64,000 bases of DNA from a virus: the IMG/VR virus record IMGVR_UViG_3300031962_000001, positions 1 to 64,000 of that record; one strand, 5' to 3'. Under the pieces are notes generated by a model, which saw nothing but the letters and a program-made list of their open reading frames with translations, was not told the DNA's origin and searched no databases. Below are positions 48,838 through 56,593 of the stretch, in pieces. The translations under genes and the position numbers were made by a program. How positions within the stretch are numbered: position 1 is the stretch's first letter; each line of letters opens with the position of its first letter.

Positions 48838-49751
48838 AAGATATTTCACAATACTTCGCCAGAGTTTGGCAGACTAGGGAAGGCTGGCATGCCAACTGTC
48901 CTCGCTGCGCAGACGGTGAAAGAAAATTCTACTGGAACGTAGACAAGGAAGTTGGATGCTGCTTCCATCACGATTGCCAGTGGTACTACAGCAAAGGCGG
49001 AGTAACTATTGCTAGGGCCTCCGCGTTCTTCTCGTCGGCTGGGCTGGCACTGCAAATCCCAGATGTGGTGGAATCAGAAGGCGAAGCAGAAGTCCAGCTA
49101 CCAGAGGAATTCAAAGTCGTAGGCTCTCTGGAGCCGGAGCTCAAGGAAACGCTTTACGCCTATCTCGAGTCCAGAGACTTAGGCAAGAAAATCGTGAAGG
49201 CCGCTCGCGTCGGCTATTGCAAGTCGGGACGCTGGTGGGGATACCTGGTCTTCCCGGTCTTCAACGACGAAGGGAAAGTGGTCTACTGGCAAGGCAGACG
49301 CTTCAAGGAACGTGAACCGAAGTTCTACAATCCAAAATCTAGCCAGAAATCCGAGCTCGTGTACCGCATCAATCCAAACGTCAGGCCTCGCAAAATCGTA
49401 TTGGTAGAATCCATCATCAACACACTCACGATAGACAGCGTGCAATCTGACCCGACTGTCGTGATGGCAATCCTTGGCAGTAGTCTGTCGGAAATCCAGA
49501 AGCAATATATCCTCAGGTTTGAAAAGCGTCTCAAGGAAGTCTGCATCGCCATGGATGGAGACAAGCGCAGGGAAGGAGTCGAAATGGCAGAACAGTTTTG
49601 GGCGGCAGGCATTCGCAGTACGATAGCGCCTATACCGGATGGCGAGGACATCAACAGCCTAGGCCGGAAAGAAGCTTTGCGAAGAATTTCTCGTGCTGAG
49701 GTGTTTCATAAGGGTAGCAGGTCGGAGATCATAACTAGGAAGATCGCATGA
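48834..49751 (+). CDS. DNA primase (zinc finger + TOPRIM)
   Basis: CPRC...CFHHDC, FPVF..G.VVYWQGR, KFYNP, LVESIIN, MDGD, EDINSL. Confidence 0.85.
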   Translation: MKDISQYFARVWQTREGWHANCPRCADGERKFYWNVDKEVGCCFHHDCQWYYSKGGVTIARASAFFSSAGLALQIPDVVESEGEAEVQLPEEFKVVGSLEPELKETLYAYLESRDLGKKIVKAARVGYCKSGRWWGYLVFPVFNDEGKVVYWQGRRFKEREPKFYNPKSSQKSELVYRINPNVRPRKIVLVESIINTLTIDSVQSDPTVVMAILGSSLSEIQKQYILRFEKRLKEVCIAMDGDKRREGVEMAEQFWAAGIRSTIAPIPDGEDINSLGRKEALRRISRAEVFHKGSRSEIITRKIA

Positions 49752-50020
49752 TCGACAGAAAATATCTAGCTGGGCTCTTTGACGGGAGAGGGCACATAGA
49801 ACTCCTAGAAAATGGCGGGATGCGAGTGCATATTCGCATGGGCGGTGATGTACCCATGCTTCTGAAAGAGGAATTTGGCGGGACCTGTTTCAAGAACGGC
49901 AAAAAATGGTGGTTTCGGGTGCAGGGGGAAAATGCCCGTTTTCTGCTCAGCGAAATTTTGCCCTATTTGCGGGTGACCAAAAAACGGGTCAAAAAGCTGA
50001 TGGCGAAAAATGGGCTGTGA
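49748..50020 (+). CDS. single-motif LAGLIDADG endonuclease-like protein
   Basis: YLAGLFDGRGHI, FGG, WWFRV..A..LL.EILPYLRV.K; the second-position acidic residue appears replaced by R. Confidence 0.65.
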   Translation: MIDRKYLAGLFDGRGHIELLENGGMRVHIRMGGDVPMLLKEEFGGTCFKNGKKWWFRVQGENARFLLSEILPYLRVTKKRVKKLMAKNGL

Positions 50021-50050
50021 TTCGCAGAGCAGGAGCGGCGAAGAAAAGGC

Positions 50051-50079
50051 TTTACAAGGGGCTTGCCAAGTAGTATGAT
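50051..50079 (+). promoter_or_regulatory. sigma70-type promoter
   Basis: TTTACA-17 nt-TATGAT upstream of the large non-coding region. Confidence 0.65.
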
Positions 50080-50100
50080 TTTACTAGTGGTAGAGGTTAG

Positions 50101-50136
50101 GTTAGTTACTTAAAACTAACTTATGTTCTTTGAAAA
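50101..50136 (+). promoter_or_regulatory. boxB-like hairpin + boxA antitermination-like element
   Basis: GTTAGTT/AACTAAC hairpin 50101-50120, then TGTTCTTTGAAAA 50124-50136, resembling rRNA-leader boxA. Confidence 0.55.
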
Positions 50137-50141
50137 ATAAA

Positions 50142-50997
50142 GGTTCCAGCAAGCAAGGCCGAGCGGGGAAACGCAAACCTGCAGACTAAATGTGCCGACG
50201 CTTAACAAGGCGCAAGCATGTTACAGATACTAGGGGTAGCAAACTACCGGCAAAGTATACGCAAGGCAATAATGCTGAAAGCGCCGATTCCTGACAAGGA
50301 CTTTTGTGCGCCCACCGTAACCGTGCTGTAAGCATACCGCGCTCTGCGAAGAGCAAAATAATAAGGTGTGCGAAAGCGTGACGTGCGACTTAGGTTGCGC
50401 CGATCGCGAGGCAATTAAGGTGTGGGCAATAGCAAACATCGGACCGTAAGTAAGCATGTTTTTTGGAACCCAAATCGCGAATGACGGTAGAAACCTCCCG
50501 TTTCTACCAGCAGGAAAACATAAAACTCTTAACCTTTATATACGCTTGCCCAGCGGGATGCCGCACCAACGGCAAGTGTAGAAGCAAATGCCTCACGGCG
50601 GGGATGCGTCCTATAGCGTAGAGTGAGAGGGTGAAAAATATTCCAGCGTTGCGAGTCATTCGCAGGAGAGTGCAGTCGTGCAGTGTCGTTGCTTGGGGCA
50701 GTTAGTTCGCTATCCATCTCCGTGATAGCGGTGGAGGCCCGGCGATACTTGCATGTGCGATACGCTCTGGTTAGCACGCGCCACATAGAATGGAATGCGG
50801 GATCAGAAAACGGCAAAAGGATTAGTCGCTAGTCCAAGATATGAGCGAACCGTGGTATGTCCCACGTAAAATAAATGTAGTGAAATGGCACCGTTGTTTT
50901 TGGTAGTACCTAACTTCAGCTCGCTGTCGAGAATCAGGCCCGTCAGCCACTCTGGCGGATACCGCATGAGTACTCTAGGAAAGTTCTCGACTAGCGA
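50142..50997 (+). ncRNA. large structured non-coding RNA, GOLLD-like candidate
   Basis: No + strand ORF >=60 aa over ~1 kb. Long-range helices GGTTCCA/TGGAACC, GCGAATGAC/GTCATTCGC, TACGCTTGCC/GGCAAGTGTA, TCGCTGTCGAGAA/TTCTCGACTAGCGA; many GNRA-like loops. Confidence 0.65.
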
Positions 50998-51000
50998 CGT

Positions 51001-51025
51001 GGGAGTTCTGCTCGTCAGAATTCCC
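51001..51025 (+). terminator. stem-loop closing the ncRNA transcript
   Basis: GGGAGTTCTG-CTCGT-CAGAATTCCC; no U-tract. Confidence 0.45.
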
Positions 51026-51032
51026 TCGCCGC

Positions 51033-51058
51033 TTGAAAAGGCGGAAACGTAGTATAAT
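51033..51058 (+). promoter_or_regulatory. sigma70-like promoter (-10 TATAAT) for the ftsK operon
   Basis: GTAGTATAAT has the same context as GTAGTATGAT at the ncRNA promoter; TTGAAA lies only 14 nt upstream, which is non-canonical spacing. Confidence 0.45.
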
Positions 51059-51102
51059 GCTGACTAGCTAGACGCTGTCTAGCATAAAAAGGAGAAAGTG
51101 AA

Positions 51103-52533
51103 ATGAGAACCAAAGAAGAATGGCTTGAGAACCTGATGTGCTGCGAAGGCTGCAAAGTGTTGGGCGAAGGCAAAGTCGGTTGCTTCTGGAAGAAACAGCA
51201 TTGTCCGTTGTGTGGCAAGGCTACTTCGAAATTCAAGAAGCTGAACGGCAAGAAGGGCGAGAAAATCCTTCGCTTCCCCCGCGAGGCTAGCACGGCAACG
51301 AAACAGCAAGTGGCGATCATGAAACAGATCAACGACCGCTGCCGCGACTTCGATTGCCCGGGAAAAGTGGTGGACGTTATCACTGGTCCCGTGGTTACCG
51401 AATACGTTTTCGAGCCTGACCGGTTCACCCGCGTCAAGAAGCTGAAGGGCCTGAACGAGGAACTTTCGCTGACACTGAGCAAGCCGGAACTCGGCATCGG
51501 CTCTGTGGAAACCGTCACCATCCGCCGCATCGCAGGCAGAGCAGCCATCGGCATCTCAGTGCCGAATCCAGACCGTAAGATGGTCAGCTTCAAGGATTGC
51601 CTGAAAAATGTCATCGCACATCGAGACGACATGGAATTGCCGCTCAACATGGGCGTCACTTCCACGGGCGAACCTTATGTGGAGGACCTCGCCACGATGC
51701 CGCATCTGCTTATCGGTGGTAGCACTGGCACTGGCAAGTCGGTATACCTTAATGCTTTGCTGACCAGCTTGCTCTATATCCGCTCGCCGAAGCAACTCTG
51801 GCTCTACATGATCGACCCGAAATCTGTGGAGCTCTTTCCATACAAAGGTCTGCCGCACCTCAAGCGCGACCCGGTCAACGATGTGTACGAGGCGCTCAGC
51901 GTCATGGACACGATCGAACAGGAAATGCGCCGTCGCACTAACAACCTCCACATCAACAAAGCTAAGGATATCAAGGAACTCAACACGCGCATCAAGGGCG
52001 AGGTTGCCGAGCTCAGAAAGCAAGGCAAGGAAGAGGAAGCCAAGAAGCGCGAAGCCGATCTCTGGCCCTACATTATATTGGTCATCGATGAGATGGCTGA
52101 TCTGGTGCTGGCAGAGAAGAAAATGTTCACCCAGAAGCTGGCGTGCATTTCCCAGATGGCTCGCGCCGCTGGCATCTGCATCATCAGCGCAACCCAGCGT
52201 CCGTCTGTGGACGTGCTGCCGGGAAAAATCAAGGTGAACTTCCCCGCTCGCGTCTGCTTCCGCGTGCCTAGCGCCGTGGATGGCAAGACGGTGCTGAACT
52301 ACAAGGGAGCGGAAACGCTGCTGGGCAAGGGCGACTGCTTTTTGGTGTCGCCTAACAAGGCTGGTCTCCAGCGCATCCACGTCCCCTACTGCACTCCGGC
52401 CGATCGCGACGAAATGCTGAAAATCTCGCTGGAATTCGGGCACGTCCTGAAAGTCCCGGCGGATTCTATGGAAGTCGCCGCTCCGGTCGTGGAGAAGAAA
52501 AACGGCAAGCCTGCCTCCAAGCTGGTCAACTAG
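51103..52533 (+). CDS. ftsK: FtsK/SpoIIIE-family DNA translocase motor, with N-terminal Cys cluster and no TM anchor
   Basis: GPVVT.Y, IGISVPN, PHLLIGGSTGTGKS, MIDPKSVEL, LVIDEMADL, ATQRPSVDV, GAETLLGKGD. Confidence 0.9.
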   Translation: MRTKEEWLENLMCCEGCKVLGEGKVGCFWKKQHCPLCGKATSKFKKLNGKKGEKILRFPREASTATKQQVAIMKQINDRCRDFDCPGKVVDVITGPVVTEYVFEPDRFTRVKKLKGLNEELSLTLSKPELGIGSVETVTIRRIAGRAAIGISVPNPDRKMVSFKDCLKNVIAHRDDMELPLNMGVTSTGEPYVEDLATMPHLLIGGSTGTGKSVYLNALLTSLLYIRSPKQLWLYMIDPKSVELFPYKGLPHLKRDPVNDVYEALSVMDTIEQEMRRRTNNLHINKAKDIKELNTRIKGEVAELRKQGKEEEAKKREADLWPYIILVIDEMADLVLAEKKMFTQKLACISQMARAAGICIISATQRPSVDVLPGKIKVNFPARVCFRVPSAVDGKTVLNYKGAETLLGKGDCFLVSPNKAGLQRIHVPYCTPADRDEMLKISLEFGHVLKVPADSMEVAAPVVEKKNGKPASKLVN

Positions 52534-52543
52534 GAGGTGACTT

Positions 52544-52792
52544 ATGGCTATCACGAAACAAGTCACATACGATTTGGATTGTGAAGGACCTTGCAAGCGC
52601 AAAATCAGCAAGTCCATTCCCAAGGATTGGGCTCGGCTGAAAATCCTGCCAGCAATACAGCAGCCGGGAAGACCGGCTCACTACTATGTTAGCTGTCTGT
52701 GCTTCGACTGCCAGATGAAGGCTATCAAGCTTCTCCAAACAGCCGGATACAAAATCTCATTCGTGGAGGGAAAAGATGAACAGCGATCTTGA
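52544..52792 (+). CDS. small Cys-containing hypothetical protein
   Basis: AGGAGG RBS; CEGPC...CFDC. Confidence 0.6.
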   Translation: MAITKQVTYDLDCEGPCKRKISKSIPKDWARLKILPAIQQPGRPAHYYVSCLCFDCQMKAIKLLQTAGYKISFVEGKDEQRS

Positions 52793-52979
52793 TCTGATCG
52801 CCGCTCGTAGCTTGTGGAACCACACAAAGGATGGCTATGCTGCCTTGCGCCTGAAACGGTTCAGCGCTAGCAAGGCAGTAGCCAAGGTGCTAGCGGGGAG
52901 GTCGTATGAGGCCTTACCCCGCTGGGTTAAGGCAAGGCTAAAGGCCGACGCCCGTGCTGCCCGTAGCCTAACAAGGTAA
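52776..52979 (+). CDS. hypothetical protein
   Basis: GGAGGG RBS; 67 aa. Confidence 0.5.
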   Translation: MNSDLDLIAARSLWNHTKDGYAALRLKRFSASKAVAKVLAGRSYEALPRWVKARLKADARAARSLTR

Positions 52980-52981
52980 GC

Positions 52982-53392
52982 ATGGACCGCCCTATAGTAG
53001 CGGTGCTGGAAACAATGTGGGGATACCGGTCCGGCCGCGCCCCGCGCTGGTTCCGTATCAACCCGCAGAACGCTTCTGGCCGTAGGCTATACAAACTCAT
53101 AGGCGAAGAAAATTCTCATCGCCTCCTTGTCACCAATGCTTGCCGTGAACTAGTCACAAGCGCAAAGCGCCACGGCAAGCCGGACCCGGATTGGCTTCTG
53201 GAAAACCTTATCCGGCTTGACCCGCACCTTATATTAGTGTGTGGCAACGTAGCCCAAAAAGCCTACAAAGCCTGTGGCTATGTTCCGCTTCGCAAGTCAC
53301 GCGTGCTCCACATAGCGCATCCGGCCGCACGCAACTGGACCAAGAAACGTCTGAGAGAAGTGCAAAGGAGAATAGCAAATGGATCACGATGA
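52982..53392 (+). CDS. uracil-DNA glycosylase-like superfamily protein
   Basis: SGRRL, VTNA, PHLILVCGNVA and HPAAR motif order of the UDG-like fold. Confidence 0.6.
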   Translation: MDRPIVAVLETMWGYRSGRAPRWFRINPQNASGRRLYKLIGEENSHRLLVTNACRELVTSAKRHGKPDPDWLLENLIRLDPHLILVCGNVAQKAYKACGYVPLRKSRVLHIAHPAARNWTKKRLREVQRRIANGSR

Positions 53393-53594
53393 TCGATGCG
53401 AGTGCGAGAAGCCCGGATATTTCTGCAGTGGAGTGAAAGGCATCATAGCGCACATCCACAACGGCCACATCGTAGGCACGGTAGAACGCTGCGACACTTG
53501 TGGCATCTACGCCTCTGACGCTGACGCGGAGCGTATGCTTGAGAAGTATCTTTTCGGTCAGAAGAATGGGCCAGCAAAGGAGATAGAAAAATGA
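53379..53594 (+). CDS. small Zn-binding hypothetical protein
   Basis: CECEKPG...ERCDTCG; AGGAG RBS. Confidence 0.55.
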   Translation: MDHDDRCECEKPGYFCSGVKGIIAHIHNGHIVGTVERCDTCGIYASDADAERMLEKYLFGQKNGPAKEIEK

Positions 53595-53827
53595 ACGACA
53601 AGACTGTGATTGAAGTTACGAACCGATGCTTTCGAGCGTTTAGAAAACAATTGGAAGCAGAGGATTTGGACAGCGACGCAGAAGTTTTGGTGCAGAGGCT
53701 GGTAATTGCTCGCATCAATTCTGATGCGGAAATGGGGCAAGGAGAATTGGAGACTGACGCACCGAGGCTTGCAATCAAAGTAGAAAAGAAGCTGGAGGTG
53801 CTTCTTCCAAAAGCGCTGACTCTCTAG
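53591..53827 (+). CDS. hypothetical protein
   Basis: AGGAG RBS; ATGA coupling. Confidence 0.55.
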   Translation: MNDKTVIEVTNRCFRAFRKQLEAEDLDSDAEVLVQRLVIARINSDAEMGQGELETDAPRLAIKVEKKLEVLLPKALTL

Positions 53828-53839
53828 GTGGCAGTAGAA

Positions 53840-53872
53840 GTAAAATTCACTACGCTCCAACGTGAGCGAGAA
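53840..53872 (+). promoter_or_regulatory. 33-bp leader repeat, copy 1 (TAAAAT -10-like + GCTC/GAGC hairpin)
   Basis: 30/33 identical to 54258-54290. Confidence 0.55.
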
Positions 53873-53889
53873 AGAAACAAGGAGGAAGT

Positions 53890-54252
53890 ATGAAAAGGGA
53901 ATCATGCATCATTATTTCTAACCTGTCGGAAGAGGATGCCATCAAGGTGTTGCCGAAACTGAAGGGAGAAATTCTCCTCAAGAAAGCAACCCTCGAATTG
54001 GAAAATCCAGGACCACCGGAGCCGGAGGAAGTCTGCGAGAAAGAATACGAACGTGTCAATAACATGGCGTATGATCTCGACGAGTTCCTTGGACAGATTG
54101 ATGATTACGGCGATTCAACCACTGCAAAGGAAGTCCGTCGGGATGTAGCTCACCTGCGAAAGCAAATCGTCAAGATGGAAAACCTTTTCGTGAAATGGCG
54201 TAGTGCAGTAGACGCTCTCGAAGAGGCGGCGAATCGTCTAGAGAAGAAGTAG
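53890..54252 (+). CDS. hypothetical coiled-coil protein
   Basis: AGGAGG RBS; 120 aa. Confidence 0.6.
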   Translation: MKRESCIIISNLSEEDAIKVLPKLKGEILLKKATLELENPGPPEPEEVCEKEYERVNNMAYDLDEFLGQIDDYGDSTTAKEVRRDVAHLRKQIVKMENLFVKWRSAVDALEEAANRLEKK

Positions 54253-54257
54253 TAGTT

Positions 54258-54290
54258 GTAAAATTCACCATGCTCCAACGTGAGCAAGAA
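54258..54290 (+). promoter_or_regulatory. 33-bp leader repeat, copy 2
   Basis: GTAAAATTCACCATGCTCCAACGTGAGCAAGAA. Confidence 0.55.
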
Positions 54291-54299
54291 GGAAATATC

Positions 54300-54548
54300 A
54301 TGGCAACAAAATGGGCAATCAAGGTAATGGAAATACGCACGACAGAGATGGGCACGACGTACTACTTTCAGCTCTTCACGAAGACACAAATCGGCATTCT
54401 GTTGCCGACCGTGTCTGACGACGAGCCGATGGTCCTAGCCGAAAACGACTTCCACGAATTGACATTCCGGCTCAGCGCGGATGTCTACAACGAAGGTCTG
54501 CAAGTCCTCAAAGACGGCTTCCCGCTCAGGCAGCACGCACATGGCTAG
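54300..54548 (+). CDS. hypothetical protein
   Basis: AAGGA RBS; ATG 54300 (MATKWAIKV). Confidence 0.55.
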   Translation: MATKWAIKVMEIRTTEMGTTYYFQLFTKTQIGILLPTVSDDEPMVLAENDFHELTFRLSADVYNEGLQVLKDGFPLRQHAHG

Positions 54549-54762
54549 ACTGTATTCTCTATACCGTCTCTACGGCAATCGCTGGGTGCGTGTCGCTAGA
54601 GAGCAACTCCCACTTAGGGAAGCGCATGAGAAGTGGAGCCATCTTGTATCGCAGAATCCACTTTTCTATTCCATACTTCCGAAGTACAGCATCCGCCTGA
54701 TTCCCAAGTCTGAAATCAGGCGGCAGATTTTGCAGTCAATCCAAAACAAGGAGCAATCATGA
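54541..54762 (+). CDS. hypothetical protein
   Basis: ATG 54541 (MARLYSLYRL) overlapping the upstream stop. Confidence 0.45.
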   Translation: MARLYSLYRLYGNRWVRVAREQLPLREAHEKWSHLVSQNPLFYSILPKYSIRLIPKSEIRRQILQSIQNKEQS

Positions 54763-54932
54763 AAGACAAAGTCAAGGCCAAGAACATGACTAAGCGGGAC
54801 GCGATCCCGGTACTGGAGAAAATCCTGAAGAAAGGAGACTTCGGCAAGCGCAAACGCAAGGCTCTTGAAATCGCCATCAACGATCTCAAGTCGAAGGTGA
54901 ATTCGTACGAGCCCCACGCTGTCAACCAGTAG
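54759..54932 (+). CDS. small basic protein (57 aa, not in the ORF track)
   Basis: AAGGAG RBS; ATGA overlap; MKDKVKAKNMTKRDAIPVLEKILKKG... Confidence 0.55.
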   Translation: MKDKVKAKNMTKRDAIPVLEKILKKGDFGKRKRKALEIAINDLKSKVNSYEPHAVNQ

Positions 54933-54951
54933 TCGAATCCAAAAGCAGCGA

Positions 54952-54983
54952 GCGGGGACTCGAAAGGGTCCCCGTTTATATTT
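54952..54983 (+). terminator. rho-independent terminator-like hairpin
   Basis: GCGGGGACT-CGAAAG-GGTCCCCGT followed by TTATATTT. Confidence 0.55.
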
Positions 54984-54999
54984 CAAAAGGAGCAATCGA

Positions 55000-55293
55000 A
55001 TGGCAAAGAAAAAAGTAGTGAAGAAGCGAGTCGTGTATCGCGTCAAGAAGGAACTGCCGAGGATGTATCGGGTGATAGACCAAATCCTCCCGGATCTCAA
55101 CCTGCCAAATCCCGTTGCAATATCCATAACGGTCACGGCGAGGGACGTTCAGCTCATAGTGGGCCCACGTGATTGGCAGTGGGACCGCAAGACAGGCGAC
55201 ATGGTCGGCGCTGGCACCAGTCTTGACGATTACGAGGAAGCGGCTGCGAAGCAAGAGCCTCCAGCATCGGAAGGACATAACTCAGATGTCTAA
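55000..55293 (+). CDS. hypothetical protein
   Basis: AAGGAG RBS; 97 aa. Confidence 0.6.
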   Translation: MAKKKVVKKRVVYRVKKELPRMYRVIDQILPDLNLPNPVAISITVTARDVQLIVGPRDWQWDRKTGDMVGAGTSLDDYEEAAAKQEPPASEGHNSDV

Positions 55294-55600
55294 CAGTGGT
55301 GCAAACTCCAAACCACGCTTTAAGTCGCTGAAGGAACTGATGGAGATGGTACACACCATCGTAAAAACCGTTGAGAAGCTAGACAAGGAGCTCGCGAAAT
55401 TCACAGAACTCGACATGCAAAAGATGGTAGCAGGCACCAGAACTACCACCGAGAATCTGGCCAAGATGTCGAACGAGCTGACCGCTCTCGCAGAACTCCT
55501 ACCTCTCAATGAGCAGTACGAACTGCCTTCCAATCTGGACAGACTTTCAACCGTCTTGAGCGCGGAGTACGACTCAAAATTCATCGGGGAGGAAAAATGA
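55286..55600 (+). CDS. hypothetical helical protein
   Basis: ATG 55286 overlapping the upstream stop. Confidence 0.5.
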   Translation: MSNSGANSKPRFKSLKELMEMVHTIVKTVEKLDKELAKFTELDMQKMVAGTRTTTENLAKMSNELTALAELLPLNEQYELPSNLDRLSTVLSAEYDSKFIGEEK

Positions 55601-55806
55601 CAGTGATCATTAGATGTGGCACATGCAAGAAGCACGAAACGATTGACGATATCAAAGCGTCCAAATCGTTCGTGCTTGGATTTCATATCTGTCAGGAATG
55701 CCTGACTAATTTCAAGAGCGATTTCGGTCTAGATCTCTTGGGAGAGGAGGTGGCAGAAAATGTTTCTAGCCCTAATCTTAGCAAGTCTAATACTGCTGGC
55801 AGCTAA
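55597..55806 (+). CDS. small zinc-finger protein
   Basis: CGTC...CQEC; GGAGG RBS. Confidence 0.55.
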   Translation: MTVIIRCGTCKKHETIDDIKASKSFVLGFHICQECLTNFKSDFGLDLLGEEVAENVSSPNLSKSNTAGS

Positions 55807-55833
55807 ACTCGACCATGAATTGGGGAAGTTCTG

Positions 55834-56124
55834 ATGGTCTGGCGCTACCAAGAAGTGGACGTGCGCGACGATGTGAAGTGGAAGCTGCCAGACCATTCCA
55901 GCCTGCAAGTGTACAAGGTTCTCAGCGGAGACAGTGGCAAGACGTACTACGTCCAAGTTCTGGTCGTAAAATCTGAACTGTCTAGACCGCAATCCAAACC
56001 TATATATCTCTGTGGCTGCCCAGAAGGGACGTTCCTTGCTCCACTTTCAATAGTGGGACTCGGACCACAATGCAAGCACGCCAAGAACTTGGCAGCGTTC
56101 TTGGAAGAAAAGAGGAAGAAGTGA
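55834..56124 (+). CDS. SWIM-type zinc-finger protein
   Basis: SGKTYYV...CGCP...CKHA. Confidence 0.6.
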   Translation: MVWRYQEVDVRDDVKWKLPDHSSLQVYKVLSGDSGKTYYVQVLVVKSELSRPQSKPIYLCGCPEGTFLAPLSIVGLGPQCKHAKNLAAFLEEKRKK

Positions 56125-56498
56125 AAAATAGACACAAGCTGAGCATAGACTGGAGCGTGGTTCAGAAGGATCGGAACAGTGGAACGCCGATTTCTGAATT
56201 GGCATCCAAGTACGGATGTCACAAGTCGTCTATCTATCTCCACACCAAATCAAGGCGCTCCAAAGCGAGCGAGAAAGCAGGCACACTCAATGGCAGCATT
56301 GGCAAGAAGATCACCAAGAATACAAGCGGCGATAGCAGCTACGCCGAGACAATCATCGCGTTCCTCTTCGGGCGGATCACGGAGCAGATTAACTCCTACT
56401 CTCAGAGCGCTGGCATCCCTGAGGCCGTACTTACCTCAAGGATTTCAGAACTACTTCACCGTAAGGCGAGCGGGTCGCGGCTGGGGCCTTTCGATTAA
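56121..56498 (+). CDS. helix-turn-helix DNA-binding protein
   Basis: GTPISELASKYGCHKSSIYLH; GTGA coupling; GAGG RBS. Confidence 0.6.
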   Translation: MKNRHKLSIDWSVVQKDRNSGTPISELASKYGCHKSSIYLHTKSRRSKASEKAGTLNGSIGKKITKNTSGDSSYAETIIAFLFGRITEQINSYSQSAGIPEAVLTSRISELLHRKASGSRLGPFD

Positions 56499-56593
56499 GT
56501 GTCCGAAATGCAACGAACCCGCACCGCTGGAACTCAACACCTACCAGAAGTGGCGCTGGCTCTCCGTCCACGAAGTGATGTGCAGAGGATGAA

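Noticed and set aside
50230-50816. Two minus-strand ORFs (75 and 95 aa) in the non-coding gap
   Set aside because: They run against the genome-wide strand, lack an RBS or motifs, and the base-pairing pattern explains the region better.
50142-50997. Group I/II intron or tRNA interpretation (adjacent LAGLIDADG gene)
   Set aside because: There is no interrupted gene on either side, I could not identify a group I core or group II domain V, and no cloverleaf is visible. It is not formally excluded without a covariance search.
51556-52623. 355-aa minus-strand ORF opposite ftsK (and similar antisense ORFs at 38393, 31469, 10955, 57201)
   Set aside because: Antisense shadows of strongly codon-biased + strand genes, with no recognisable motifs.
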